Shown here one piece after another: positions 1 through 11,953 of a DNA stretch of 64,000 bases. Both the position numbers and the translations under genes were made by a program. The stretch comes from Macrostomum lignano (lineage: Eukaryota). The DNA lies in NCBI GenBank assembly GCA_002269645.1, contig NIVC01002688.1:62001-126000 (forward strand), read 5' to 3'. Under the pieces are notes generated by a model that did not search any database, had not been told where the DNA came from, and saw only the letters and a list, made by a program, of their open reading frames with translations. Each line of letters opens with the position of its first letter. The first letter of the stretch is position 1.

Positions 1-840
1 CGCCCAATGTACAAGGAATCTCGTCAGCAGATCCTGCCAAGCTTAGGGGGTAGTTGGCCATAGTCTTAAGTATGCACTGTGCATGCGAGAATATCTCCCA
101 GCTATGCACACTGCATGTGGAAAAGGGGAGGCTGGGAGAGAAGGTCTGTGCTGCACGCCAACAGACTGGGGAGGGTCCACAGTCTGCGCCACATATAGAT
201 AGACCAGAGGGTGACTTGATAAATATATAAAGAAATACCTTCTAGGCTTCACAGTATGTCATAGTCACAGCATGACAATTCACAAGTCGTGGCCTATGGT
301 TGCCTCCTGGTTGGCCTTGGACTCAGGCTCCAGCTCTAGCACTAGGGGGTGGCCAACAAACAGGTAGCGGGAATGGAGTTCCACACACTTGTCCACAACT
401 TTGCTGACTTCATACTTCTTGGCATGCACATCCTTAAAAAATGGGCCCACTGTACACGGTACATGCAATGTACACAGCGCCCGCCAGCCTTAGACCCAGT
501 TGTACGTGGGAATAACCCCCACAGAACAGCATACTTGGGAGTGTGGGTAGTAGAGAAGGCTGTGTTAGCCTCTTATTGGCTTGGGGTTGGCTTTAGATAG
601 GACTCAGTCAGATTACAAGCAGAGTTAACAGTCACAGACACAGAACAGGCATTCTAGAATGAGAAATTAGAAGCCTCAGACCTGAAACTGCTTCAAGCGG
701 TTCAAATGGTTGATGGAAACAGGGGTGAAGGGGGTCTATATTTATAGAGAAGGATTCATCCCTGCCCATGCACAAGACCTTGTGACTTTGTTCTATTTTT
801 AGAACTGATGTCATTGGGGTCCCTGGGCAAAGTGGCATTA
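1..840 (-). pseudogene. Degenerate spliced protein-coding gene fragment of unknown family, eroded by CpG deamination
   Basis: Minus-strand frame KDVHAKKYEVSKVVDKCVELHSRYLFVGHPLVLELEPESKANQEATIGHDL*IVML*L*HTVKPR has GC3-rich codons. Its three stops (280-282, 265-267, 259-261) are all TGA, i.e. one C>T away from CGA. A GT-AG intron (238..111) rejoins in phase to VHSWEIFSHAQCILKTMANYPLSL. ORF 632..838 is a further probable exon. Confidence 0.5.
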
Positions 841-1414
841 GGCAGTGACTCAGTGTCTATTTTTAGAAACATGAGTCACTCTTCTCCTTAGAAAAGGGGA
901 GGGCCTTAGGCATATGATTCTCCCATAAACACAAGCCAGCAAGTGCATTAAACATGTTTACTACTCTTTAGGACTCCAAGAAAACAAGACCTATCATATG
1001 ACTTGCAAAACAAGAGTAGACCACAGCAGAGAAGCTTGTGGCTACAAATGAGAGTACAGAAAATGGGCAGAAAATGGAACAGGGGACAGCAAACAGGCAG
1101 GCAAAAGGGAAGACAGGAAGCTGACCAGCAGCAGACAGCGACCTAGGGCAAGGGCAAGGGAAGCTGTTGACTAAGTGTGACATCTAACCAAAATAGTGGC
1201 TCACTACAATATAATAAAAGTACATGAATAATATTAATAGAAATACATAGAAATTCTAATTATAGCATGCTATTATCTCTCTTTTGGGAATATATGCTTG
1301 GTTTTTGCACTCATTATTCATGTTTTTAGCTTTGGAGGGACTTATCCTATCTTAGGATAACTTCTCAGGGACTAGCAGGTTTTTATTTAGCTCTTTATTA
1401 TAAAATATAATACT

Positions 1415-2405
1415 ATAGGCATTTCTTTGGTTTACAATCTTTGAAATTGCTTTACAATCTGTATAAGAAAAATGTCATATGACAAAAAATGTTTTTTTAA
1501 TTAAGCTAATTGTCCAAAATCATTTTTATTTTTTGTCAAACAATCAAATACTAACCAGAAAAATGATACAAACAGATTTTTATGTGTACAATTGTTTAAT
1601 GAAGAAGATCCTATATATCTACTTCAGTTTACAATTATTCAAATAGTAGAAATATATGTAAATGATTGTGAACCAAATGTAAATGGGTTTTAGTGTATCA
1701 TTTCAAATTCTAGAACTGTGATGAAGAGGATTCTATATATCCACTTTGGTTTTTGGTCATTTAAATAGCAGACATAGGCTTAGTGTAAGTAACCAAAATT
1801 GATCTCTATCTAGATACATACAACATTTTTAATCATTTATTTATGTCATTTAAATTAAGGCTGAAGGGATAGTAAGGACATGTAATAGCTAGTAGACTAA
1901 TTCATTTGTCTTTATCCATAGATCTCTATAGACAATGTATGAGTTAAGTTAGAAGCTACCATATAGTAGGCAAACTACTGTCACAACATTATGTACAAAT
2001 GATTTAAAAGTTAATGAGATAGCATCATGATACACTAGAAACCCCTACCTTTGCAATCATTTAAATATATCACTGCCATTTAAATAATTGTAAACTGAAG
2101 TGGATATACAGGATCCTCTTTATTAACAGTTCTGGAACATGAAATGATATAGTAAAACTATTTACCTTTGGTTCACAATCATTTACCAAAGTGAATATAT
2201 AGAATCATTTTTATTGCCATGACATGGGAGAAACTATAGGTTGGCTATTCCATTTAGTTTTTTTACTAGTAAAATGAATAAACCTAGTTTAACAATTTTG
2301 CTTCTGCCTTTTTTCAAGTAGGTCATGATCGCTGAAATAGAAAATAATATAGGGATTGTGACTGAAATTGGTGTGAAAAAATAATTGTAAACCAAAGCAA
2401 TGCCA
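1415..2405. repeat. AT-rich degenerate foldback (inverted-repeat) element remnant
   Basis: A ~120-bp module at ~1590-1770 recurs inverted at ~2055-2215. An outer 20-mer at 1419-1438 (gcatttctttggtttacaat) matches the reverse complement of 2384-2403 at 19/20. Confidence 0.5.
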
Positions 2406-3189
2406 AGCTACAAGTTATGTCACACTACTATTTTCTTCCCTTTTGCCATGTAGTACTATACTATTAAATGGGTCTATCTAAAGAGTGCACCAATTGTCCA
2501 ATTGCAAAGTAACATGTTCATAATGAGTATAGGTGCATAATGATTTCAGTAAGATTTTAGAAAATAAATTGTTTAGTAATTTTTTTAATACCATTTGATA
2601 TTTACCAGCCTAAGAAAGCCACCTTATTTTTTAAAAATTTAATTAAATGTTAAAGAAGTTTCAAAACTTTTTGTACCAGTATCTTGGATTTTCAATACAT
2701 TTTTATTGCATTTTATCTACTAGATTCTTTGATCATTTCTTTCCAAAAAATTTGCCCTACAGGTGCCCAAAATGACAAAGAGGTTTTTAAAAACTGCAAA
2801 AAGTACCCTCAGTGGTAATGCAACCTCAACTTGTTAATCCCCTATGCTGTCAATCAGAATTTGATAGAAATAGTTGTGAGTTATTATTATAATTTTATTA
2901 ATACAAGTAAAAAAGCATATCAAAAAGCTAAATACAAGGTAATAATATATATCTATTAAATTATACAATCATCAATGTGCCAAAATACAGTCTATAGCCA
3001 AACTGGTTCATGGGCATAATATCTTATGTTTGATCATGCAAATCAGCTACTCTGTTTATGTTTTATAATTTTTTGACCATGCTACTTATCATGCTTTAAT
3101 TGTTATTTATTATGACAAGGAAAAACTATAATGTCTACAGCTATAAAGACCTTTATTGAAATATAAGTTGAAAAAAATAATAAAACTTT

Positions 3190-6100
3190 ATGCAACCTTC
3201 AGTGCACACCTATATTGCTGGCCAGAGCACAGACCAGATCATCTCAGCAGAAATGAATGTTAGCGGCTGTGAAAACACAAGTACCAACTGCTCCCTGCCA
3301 GGGGGTGGCAGACCTGGCTTTTACCTGTCACATGGAGACACATGGCTACAGGTGCTGTGCACCTACTTAATACCCATCATTGCCATTCTGGGCGTCATTG
3401 GCAACACCTGCTCCTTCATCATCCTTAAGGAGTCTGCCACCCGGGTGTCCAGTCATTTCTATCTGTGCTGCCTGTCCATCTTGGACTCTCTCACGCTGGT
3501 GTCCATTGTGTTCAGCATCTGGCTGGCCGTCATCATGCCCGGATACTACTATGTCCTCTATGGCCAGGTGGCTGCTTGGCTGCGGTCTGTCACCAGCAAC
3601 TGCCAAGTGAGTCTGGGTCCATTCTCCATGATCCACTCTACCCTATTCGAGATTAGTTATTGCCCTACCCATGTGAGTCTGTCCCATTCCCTGCCCAGGT
3701 GAGTCTGTCCCATTCCCTGCCCAGGTAAGTCTGTCCCATTCCCTTCCCAGGTGAGTCTGTCCCATTCCCTGCCCAGGTGAGTCTGTCCCATTCGCTTCCC
3801 AGGTGAGTCTGTCCCATTCCCTGCCCAGGTAAGTCTGTCCCATTCCCTTCCCAGGTGAGTCTGTCCCATTCCCTGCCCAGGTGAGTCTGTCCCATTCCCT
3901 GCCCAGGTGAGTCTGTCCCATTCCCTTCCCAGGTGAGTGTGTCCCATTCCCTGCCCAGGTGAGTCTGTCCCATTCCCTGCCCAGGTAAGTCTGTCCCATT
4001 CCCTGCCCAGGTAAGTCTGTCCCATTCCCTGCCCAGGTGAGTCTGTCCCATTCCCTACCCAGGTGAGTCTGTCCCATTCCCTGCCCAGGTGAGTCTGTCC
4101 CATTCCCTGCCCAGGTAAGTCTGTCCCATTCCCTGCCCAGGTGAGTCTGTCCCATTCCCTGCCCAGGTGAGTCTGTCCCATTCCCTACCCAGGTGAGTCT
4201 GTCCCATTCCCTGCCCATGTGAGTGTGTCCCATTCCCTGCCCAGGTAAGTCTGTCCCATTCCCTGCCCAGGTAAGTCTGTCCCATTCCCTGCCCAGGTAA
4301 GTCTGTCCCATTCCCTACCCAGGTAAGTCTGTCCCATTCCCTGCCCAGGTGAGTGTGTCCCATTCCCTGTCCAGGTGAGTGTGTCCCATTCCCTACCCAG
4401 GTAAGTCTGTCCCATTCCCTGCCCAGGTGAGTGTGTCCCATTCCCTGCCCAGGTAAGTCTGTCCCATTCCCTGTCCAGGTGAGTGTGTCCCATTCCCTAC
4501 CCAGGTGAGTCTGTCCCATTCCCTGCCCAGGTGAGTCTGTCCCATTCCCTGTCCAGGTGAGTGTGTCCCATTCCCTACCCAGGTGAGTGTGTCCCATTCC
4601 CTGCCCAGGTGAGTCTGTCCCATTCCCTGTTCAGGTGAGTGTGTCCCATTCCCTGCCCAGGTGAGTCTGTCCCATTCCCTGTCCAGGTGAGTGTGTCCCA
4701 TTCCCTACCCAGGTGAGTGTGTCCCATTCCCTACCCAGGTAAGTCTGTCCCATTCCCTGCCCAGGTGAGTCTGTCACATTCCCTGCCCAGGTGAGTCTGT
4801 CCCATTCCCTGCCCAGGTGAGTCTGTCCCATTCCCTGTCCAGGTGAGTGTGTCCCATTCCCTACCCAGGTAAGTCTGTCCCATTCCCTGCCCAGGTGAGT
4901 GTGTCCCATTCCCTGTCCAGGTGAGTGTGTCCCATTCCCTACCCAGGTAAGTCTGTCCCATTCCCTGCCCAGGTGAGTGTGTCCCATTCCCTGCCCAGGT
5001 AAGTCTGTCCCATTCCCTGTCCAGGTGAGTGTGTCCCATTCCCTACCCAGGTGAGTCTGTCCCATTCCCTGCCCAGGTGAGTCTGTCCCATTCCCTGTCC
5101 AGGTGAGTGTGTCCCATTCCCTACCCAGGTGAGTGTGTCCCATTCCCTGCCCAGGTGAGTCTGTCCCATTCCCTGTCCAGGTGAGTGTGTCCCATTCCCT
5201 ACCCAGGTGAGTGTGTCCCATTCCCTGTCCAGGTGAGTGTGTCCCATTCCCTACCCAGGTAAGTCTGTCCCATTCCCTGCCCAGGTGAGTGTGTCCCATT
5301 CCCTACCCAGGTGAGTCTGTCCCATTCCCTGCCCAGGTGAGTCTGTCCCATTCCCTGCCCAAGTAAGTCTGTCCCATTCCCTACCCAGGTAAGTCTGTCC
5401 CATTCCCTACCCAGGTAAGTCTGTCCCATTCCCTACCCAGGTGAGTGTGTCCCATTCCCTACCCAGGTGAGTGTGTCCCATTCCCTGCCCAAGTAAGTCT
5501 GTCCCATTCCCTACCCAGGTAAGTCTGTCCCATTCCCTACCCAGGTAAGTCTGTCCCATTCCCTGCCCAGGTAAGTCTGTCCCATTCCCTGCCCAGGTGA
5601 GTCTGTCCCATTCCCTGTCCAGGTGAGTGTGTCCCATTCCCTACCCAGGCAAGTCTGTTCCATTGCCTGCCCCACTTTCAACAGTATTTGCAGCCCAAAC
5701 ATCTCAATTCTCTCGCACCGGCAGGTGAGCCAGTTCCGGGTGTACATCTCCTTTTACTGCCGCATGGTGTCGGTGTGGACGGTGGTGATCCTGTCCGTTG
5801 AGCGCTGCATCTCCGTCTCCAGCCCGCTGCGCTGGGGCACCCGGCTGTGCACGGTGCGCAACGGCGTCTGGGCCATCGGCGGCCTCGTGCTGCTGGCCGC
5901 GCCGTTCAGCATCTACGCCGTGTTCGGCTTCGAGTACAGCGAGAAATACCGCACCTGCCGGCCCAACGACCACTTCTTCATTGGTGAGACACGCTCCCCA
6001 TCACCATGGATGCTCATCTGTCAGAGACCCCACCACCTCAGAGATCCCATCATCCCAGAGATCCCATCACCTTAGAGATCCCATCACCCAAAGATCCCAT

Positions 6101-7215
6101 CATCTCAGGGATCCCATCATCCCAGAGATCCCATCACCTTAGAGATCCCATCACCCAGAAATCCCATCACCCAGAGATCCCATCACCCAAAGATCCCATC
6201 ACCCAGAGATCCCATCACCCAGAGATCCCATCACCCAAAGATCCCATCACCCAAAGATCCCATCATCCTAGAGATCCCATCACCCAAAGATCCCATCACC
6301 CAGAGATCCCATCACCCAGAGATCCCATCACCCAGAGATCCCATCACCCAGAGATCCCATCACCTAGAGATCATATTACCCAAAGAGCTTTCAGCCGTAC
6401 CTTTGCATAATTGATTTCCCCCTTGATCCCCGCAGGCAACATTCTGAGCAATGTCCTGTTCTCAATCGTGCCGTGGATTGTGATCTGCATATCCAACTCG
6501 GTGCTGGTGCTGGTGCTTCGCAAGCGGAACCGCAGATCCTCCCAGATGGACCAGAAGACGCTGCGCCAAGAGAACAGCATCACCACCCGCCTGCTTGTGG
6601 TGTCCGTCACCTTCCTGTTTCTCACCCTGCCTCTGGCCATCACGAGCGCAATTAACAGCTACTATGAGCTGCAGGACCTTCGGGTGCGCAAAGCATTTTT
6701 TGCAAACACCCCTTCCAATCTGCTACTATGAGTAGGCTATTGAAAACATTGCCAAAACCACCACCGTGTGCCATGCAGCTACTATGAGTAGGCTATTTAA
6801 AACATTGCCAAAACCGCCACCGTGTGCCATGCAGCTACTATGAGTAGGCTATTGAAAACATTGCCAAAACCGCCACCACCTGCCGCAGACGCACAAGACG
6901 GGCATCGTGGCCGATCTTTGGATGGTCAGCTTCGTGCTGTTCACCGCCAACTTCGCCTCCAACTTCTGGCTCTACTGCCTGACCGGCCGCAACTTCCGGC
7001 GGGCCGCCGTCGCGCTGCTCACCTGCCATCTGGACAGCATGCGCCGTCTGCGCCGCCGGCTGGACCGCGGCAGCGACTCGGCCGCGGAGCCGCCGTCCTC
7101 CAAGCTGACGGCGGTCAGCAGCCTCACGGGGCACGACGTGGCCGCCAAGCAGTCGGCGGCGCTGCTGTCTCAAGACGACCGGCAGCGGAAGCTGCGACAG
7201 GAGACCAACATCTGA
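3190..7215 (+). CDS. Class A (rhodopsin-like) GPCR, peptide-receptor-like orphan, 4 exons, ~416 aa
   Basis: join(3190..3606,5725..5983,6436..6683,6889..7215). All introns are GT-AG and phases match. Motifs: TM1 GVIGN, TM2 LSILD, TM3 LSVERCISV, TM5 SIVPW, TM6 TFLFLTLP, TM7/H8 NFASNFWLYCLTGRNFR. An alternative start ATG lies at 3253. Confidence 0.9.
3666..5650. repeat. 26-bp minisatellite (~76 copies) in GPCR intron 1, unit GTRAGTSTGTCCCATTCCCTRYCCAG
   Basis: Directly visible tandem array. It accounts for all the MGQTHLGREWDRLTW-type ORFs. Confidence 0.97.
6020..6385. repeat. ~16-bp minisatellite (cccagagatcccatca) in GPCR intron 2
   Basis: About 22 imperfect copies between donor 5984 and acceptor 6435. 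Confidence 0.92.
6722..6880. repeat. 56-bp tandem repeat (~2.8 copies) in GPCR intron 3
   Basis: gctactatgagtaggctat starts at 6722, 6778 and 6834. Confidence 0.9.
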
Positions 7216-7370
7216 GCATCAGCGCTTTGACGAGCCTGTTAATTGGTCGTCTGCTCTGCGGTTGCTTGCGGATTTGTGTTGTCCTTGATAATTTTTATTG
7301 CATCTGCTTCCTTTCCCTCAGGCCTGTTGAGTTCCTGACCGGGCGGTCATTGAGTGTGGCAGGTGCAGTT

Positions 7371-8115
7371 CAGAATCCCAGTCAGTGAAATCCCAGTCAG
7401 TAGAATCCCAGTCAGTGAAATCCCAGTCAGCAGAATCCCAGTCAGTGAAATCCCAGTCAGCAGAATCCCAGTCAGTGAAATCCCAGTCAGTGAAATTCCA
7501 GTCAGCAGAATCCCAGTCAGTGAAATCCCAGTCAGTAGAATCCCTGTCAGTAGAATCCTAGCCAGTAGAATCCTAGCCAGTAGAATCCTAGCCAGTGAAA
7601 TCCAAGTCAGTAGAATCCCAGTCAGTAGAATCCCAGTCAGTAGAATCCTAGCCGGTAGAATCCCAGTCAGTAGTATCCTAGTCAGTAGAATCCCTGTCAG
7701 TAGAATCCCAGTCAGTAGAATCCCTGTCAGTAGAATCCCTGTCAGTAGAATCCCAGTCAGTAGAATCCCTGTCAGTAGAATCCCTGTCAGTAGAATCCCT
7801 GTCAGTAGAATCCCAGTCAGTAGAATCCCAGTCAGTAGAATCCTAGCCGGTAGAATCCCAGTCAGTAGAATCCCTGTCAGTAGAATCCTAGCCGGTAGAA
7901 TCCCAGTCAGTAGAATCCTAGCCGGTAGAATCCCAGCCGGTAGAAACCCTTTCGGTAGAATCCCAGTCAGTAGAATCCTAGCCGGTAGAATCCCAGTCAG
8001 TAGAATCCTAGCCGGTAGAATCCCAGTCAGTAGAATCCCAGCCGGTAGAATCCCAGCCGATAGTATCCCAGCCGGTAGAATCCCAGTCGGTAGAATCCCA
8101 GTCAGTAGAATCCCA
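7371..8115. repeat. 15-bp minisatellite (gtcagtagaatccca, ~50 copies) downstream of the GPCR stop
   Basis: Directly visible. It generates the ILLTG/RIPVS ORFs. Confidence 0.95.
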
Positions 8116-9388
8116 GGATCAGCACAGGATCTCAAGGTGGCCCCACCTTCAAAAGCCAGGCTGGTGCAATACCACCATGCATGCAGTTCCCGAAGTCAAT
8201 AGGCGGTTTGGCAGCGCTGTGCTTGGTGTCAGTGCTGCTATGCCGTTATCATATTTACGTAAATTCTTTGCCAATATGTTCTCCTTCATCACTAGCTGTT
8301 TTGCGTGGCTTATCAGGCCGTTTGGGGTTTTTTAATGGCTTTTTAACTGAGGCATTCGTGCCAACATTGTATTAAAGACCTCTCGCTAATTGTAAAAAGT
8401 ATTTAATGTATTGTCCGTTTTTATTATCAGTAGAATCTTCACAGCTACTATGAGTAGGCTGTTAAAAATTGATGCGCATCATTCGATTATTTTGTAATTA
8501 ATTTTGTGAGATAAATTTCTGTGAAAATTTAGCATGCATACAAGCGTATCCCTTTGTTGCGGATGCCTACTGTTAGTAGGCGGATTTGCGTAATCCGATT
8601 GCTATTATTTTACAATTTGCACCAATGATATCGAAATCGGTTCCCAACCAAATCGATGCTGTGCGTTTTTTAGAAATAGACTATCAATCAGTTTTTACCA
8701 GTACTAATTACTTTTAGTAATATGCCGTTCTTCTTACGAGTATTGATAGCCTCCGCACTCCACCAGCCCGATGTACAATAAATGCGATGCTCGCGTATTT
8801 TGCTAATCCCAAGCAGGCCTTTTCTGCGCTAAACTCGTTTCCGACAGGCGTTCCTGTGGCAGCTCTCTGCTTTTATTCTGAGATAGCGGAACTTCAATAA
8901 ATTCCCAGTTGCTGGGGGAGCAGGCGGCAGTTTTGATGCTTCAACATCATCTGTCTGGCGGGGGGGGGGTTCTGTCTCAACGGCTGCTGTTATCTGCGTG
9001 GCGATCAGGCGGGACTGCTACCAGGCTGTGCGCCGATTCTCATCTACTTGTCAGGAGGCTGCCACAGCTGACAGGTGGAAGGCGGAGTTCCGTCGGTAAA
9101 TATTTGAGCAGCGTGCCGAACTCACCTGTCTGCCGGGGCTCTTCGGGGGTTTATTTTTAGGGCCGGGCCGGCACTGGGCCTGGGAGCTGCGAGCGGGCAA
9201 CGAAGCCAATTCGACACAGCTGTCGGCCTGGGGGTGGCCGCCGTGACGTTCTGGCCGGCAGGAAGTCCCCTGCGGCAGATTTTTCACTCTGAAATCCGAC
9301 TTGTCTCGGTCGTTCAGATCTTTTAAGCGCGGCTGAGTGGCTCAGCAGTGACGCGTCTGGGTCTTGCGCTTTTGGTGCGAGAAACGTG

Positions 9389-9792
9389 GTCTGGGTCTTA
9401 TGCACTGAGTGTGTACATACAGTCTGGGTCTTGTGCACTGAGTGTGTACATACAGTCTGGGTCTTATGCACTGAGTGTGTACATACAGTCTGGGTCTTGT
9501 GCACTGAGTGTGTACATACAGTCTGGGTCTTATGCACTGAGTGTGTACATACAGTCTGGGTCTTGTGCACTGAGTGTGTACATACCAAGTCTGGGTCTTG
9601 TGCACTGAGTGTGTACATACCAAGTCTGGATCTTGTGCACTGAGTGTGTACATAGCAAGTCTGGGTCTTGTGCACTGAGTGTGTACATACCAAGTCTGGG
9701 TCTTGTGCACTGAGTGTGTACATACCAAGTCTGGGTCTTGTGTACTGAGTGTGTACATAGCAAGTCTGGGTCTTGTGCACTGAGTGTGTACG
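9389..9792. repeat. 33/35-bp minisatellite (ctgggtcttgtgcactgagtgtgtacatac..., ~12 copies), intergenic
   Basis: Directly visible. The 33-bp units grade into 35-bp units. Confidence 0.93.
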
Positions 9793-11953
9793 AGTACCTG
9801 CCTGGTGACTAGAAGCCTGGGCCGCTGTGCATTCCGTGTGTGCCTTCGTACGTGTGCGAGTGCGTGCTCGGGGGTCAGCGAGATGGGCACGGCTGCTTGC
9901 CAATCGACTGTCGATTGTCGACTGTCGAGCGGCAGTGCCAGGAATCAAAAGGCCCCTACTTGAAACATCTTGCTCAGAATGACGACAAACGCGAGCTGCG
10001 TTAGCTGCTGTAAGCAGGGAATTGTCTGAATACCTAATCTCGTTTAATAAAACTGACTTCTGAGAGATGTGCATGGTTATTACCTGATCATGGCTCCCTC
10101 CAGAGACGTTTCGCCACAAAAGTGGTTGCTCTATGCTCTTGCATTTGCCCCTTTTGTGGAGTAAAGAAGGAAGCAGCGGCGCACCTGTGTCTAGGACGGA
10201 CGAGCTGCTGAACTCCCCGGACCTGATCGTGACCTAGCTTGTACGAGCTCTATGTTCGTGACTTCGTCCGGGACTCAGGCTGGATAACGATTGCAAACGA
10301 CACTCTCTTACTTTTAAATTGGACCGCCGTTCAGCCGACGAATGACTTTATCCGTCGATTTAATGTAAAAGTACATACATTTATTTGTCGAAAACATCGC
10401 CCGACGTCGGATTGCTGTACGGGCGAGGGGTCGGTACAGCCCAAGACTAGTTGTCTGTCCTGTTCTTAGCTTGGGGTTGCGATAGGGCCTCTTGGTCTAA
10501 TCGCGGGTGTCCTGTGTCCGTCGGTAGCAAGGGCACCTGCCAATTAACCAACAAAGACTTTGCGTCTTTCCTACACATCTCTGATCGAGTTGCATTAGCG
10601 TGAGAGTTCAAGTTAGAAACCAGTAATTTTTCTTTGAATCCGTAAGTCTTTCATTTCGAATATAGACTGCCTGCCTTGTATTGATGTGTAAAGTTGTTCA
10701 CAAATAAAAGCCGTTCACGAGGAGATCTTGCATCTCCGGCACACATCGGAAGCATATCTAGCTGTGAGCTGTGAGTCGCGTGCTCAAGCCCTGGAAAGCC
10801 CAAATCTATCAAGCTCTACTCAGCAGGCTGGCGCATGCAATTCATCTCTGCGGATTTGAGCTGACAGACGCACTTCAAATCCGTTGCGTTGAACCAGACT
10901 TGGTGAGAAGTTCGATAATACTGGAAATCCCCGGGATTAAATTGGGCACCAGATGAGCGTTCCGGTGGGTGCAGTTGCCGCAGATCGTTATTCGGTCTGG
11001 CAGCTCTCGTCTGTCTCTGGAGAAGCTTCTCAACATATCTACAAGTTGTCAAGAATATCTCTGGCTTTGTGCGCCCGTTGTCCCTCAGACTTTGTCGGTA
11101 CGCTCGTAGTTCTTAATTTTCTAAGGAATTTCAGTTTAATGGACCCAATAGACTCTGCACGTCGATTCATCCTTATTCGAGGCTCAAATTATTTGCAAAA
11201 AATTCTGGCAAGGAGCGAAAAAAGCAGCAAGCACTGTCTGAAAGCAATTAATCCACCTGTTTGAGCTTGCGCACCCGGCCAACTGCGCTTCCCGGACATC
11301 AATACTGTTTACGAATGAGCTCGGATTTCTTTTGTTGAAGACAGGAAGCTGGGAGTTTCCTCATTGAGATAGCAGCCTGTTTTCTTTACTGATGTTTGTT
11401 GCACAAAGTCTGTTCGCGAGCTGCAGTTATTGACAATGAGGATATTACGTCTTTCATTGAACCACATCCTGTGCGATTTCTCATCCAGGAAAAACAAGCA
11501 AGAATATATTTTATAGAAAATTTGTCTTATTTTCTCTGCCTTGCCAGGCGTTGTCACAAATCCCGAGGCACGCAGATATCGCAGGCTGCCCTTCGAGACC
11601 CTCGGGGATTTCTCATTTCGATAATGTTTCGCCGTTTCCCGAGCAGTCGGTAGCGACACCCCGAGACTGCAGAGGCTCCGAGAGAAGCGCCATGCAGCTG
11701 TCGTCACGCAACGAATGAGGTTGGGGGAGTCGGCGGCCACTGGATAGCAGGCACGGGGCGAATCGAGTGATTCAGCGCAGCCCGAGGCCATGAGCAAGCT
11801 GAGAGGCGAGGCCGAGGGGGAGCGGGGAGGGCAGGCGTCAAGAAGTGTGACGGCAACGCAGATTTGAGGATCAGCGCGTCAACTTGGACCAGCTGCTTCC
11901 CGATTTTTTCATCTGACGCGATTTCTAAGGAGAAGCAGAGCAGGGGAAACACC

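Noticed and set aside
280-838. Vague resemblance of left-end ORFs to Polinton DNA polymerase B or CABIT-domain proteins
   Set aside because: No diagnostic motif could be aligned. The in-phase spliceosomal intron argues for a host gene. This needs an HMM search.
3643-5747. Many MGQTHLGREWDRLTW repeat ORFs; CRISPR-like appearance of the arrays
   Set aside because: These are translations of an intronic 26-bp repeat. No array in the window has unique spacers and there are no cas genes.
10771-11264. Possible very degenerate LINE RT/thumb remnant (LNW..., PID..RF)
   Set aside because: Only scattered residues across different frames and no YADD-like motif, so it is not supportable by eye.
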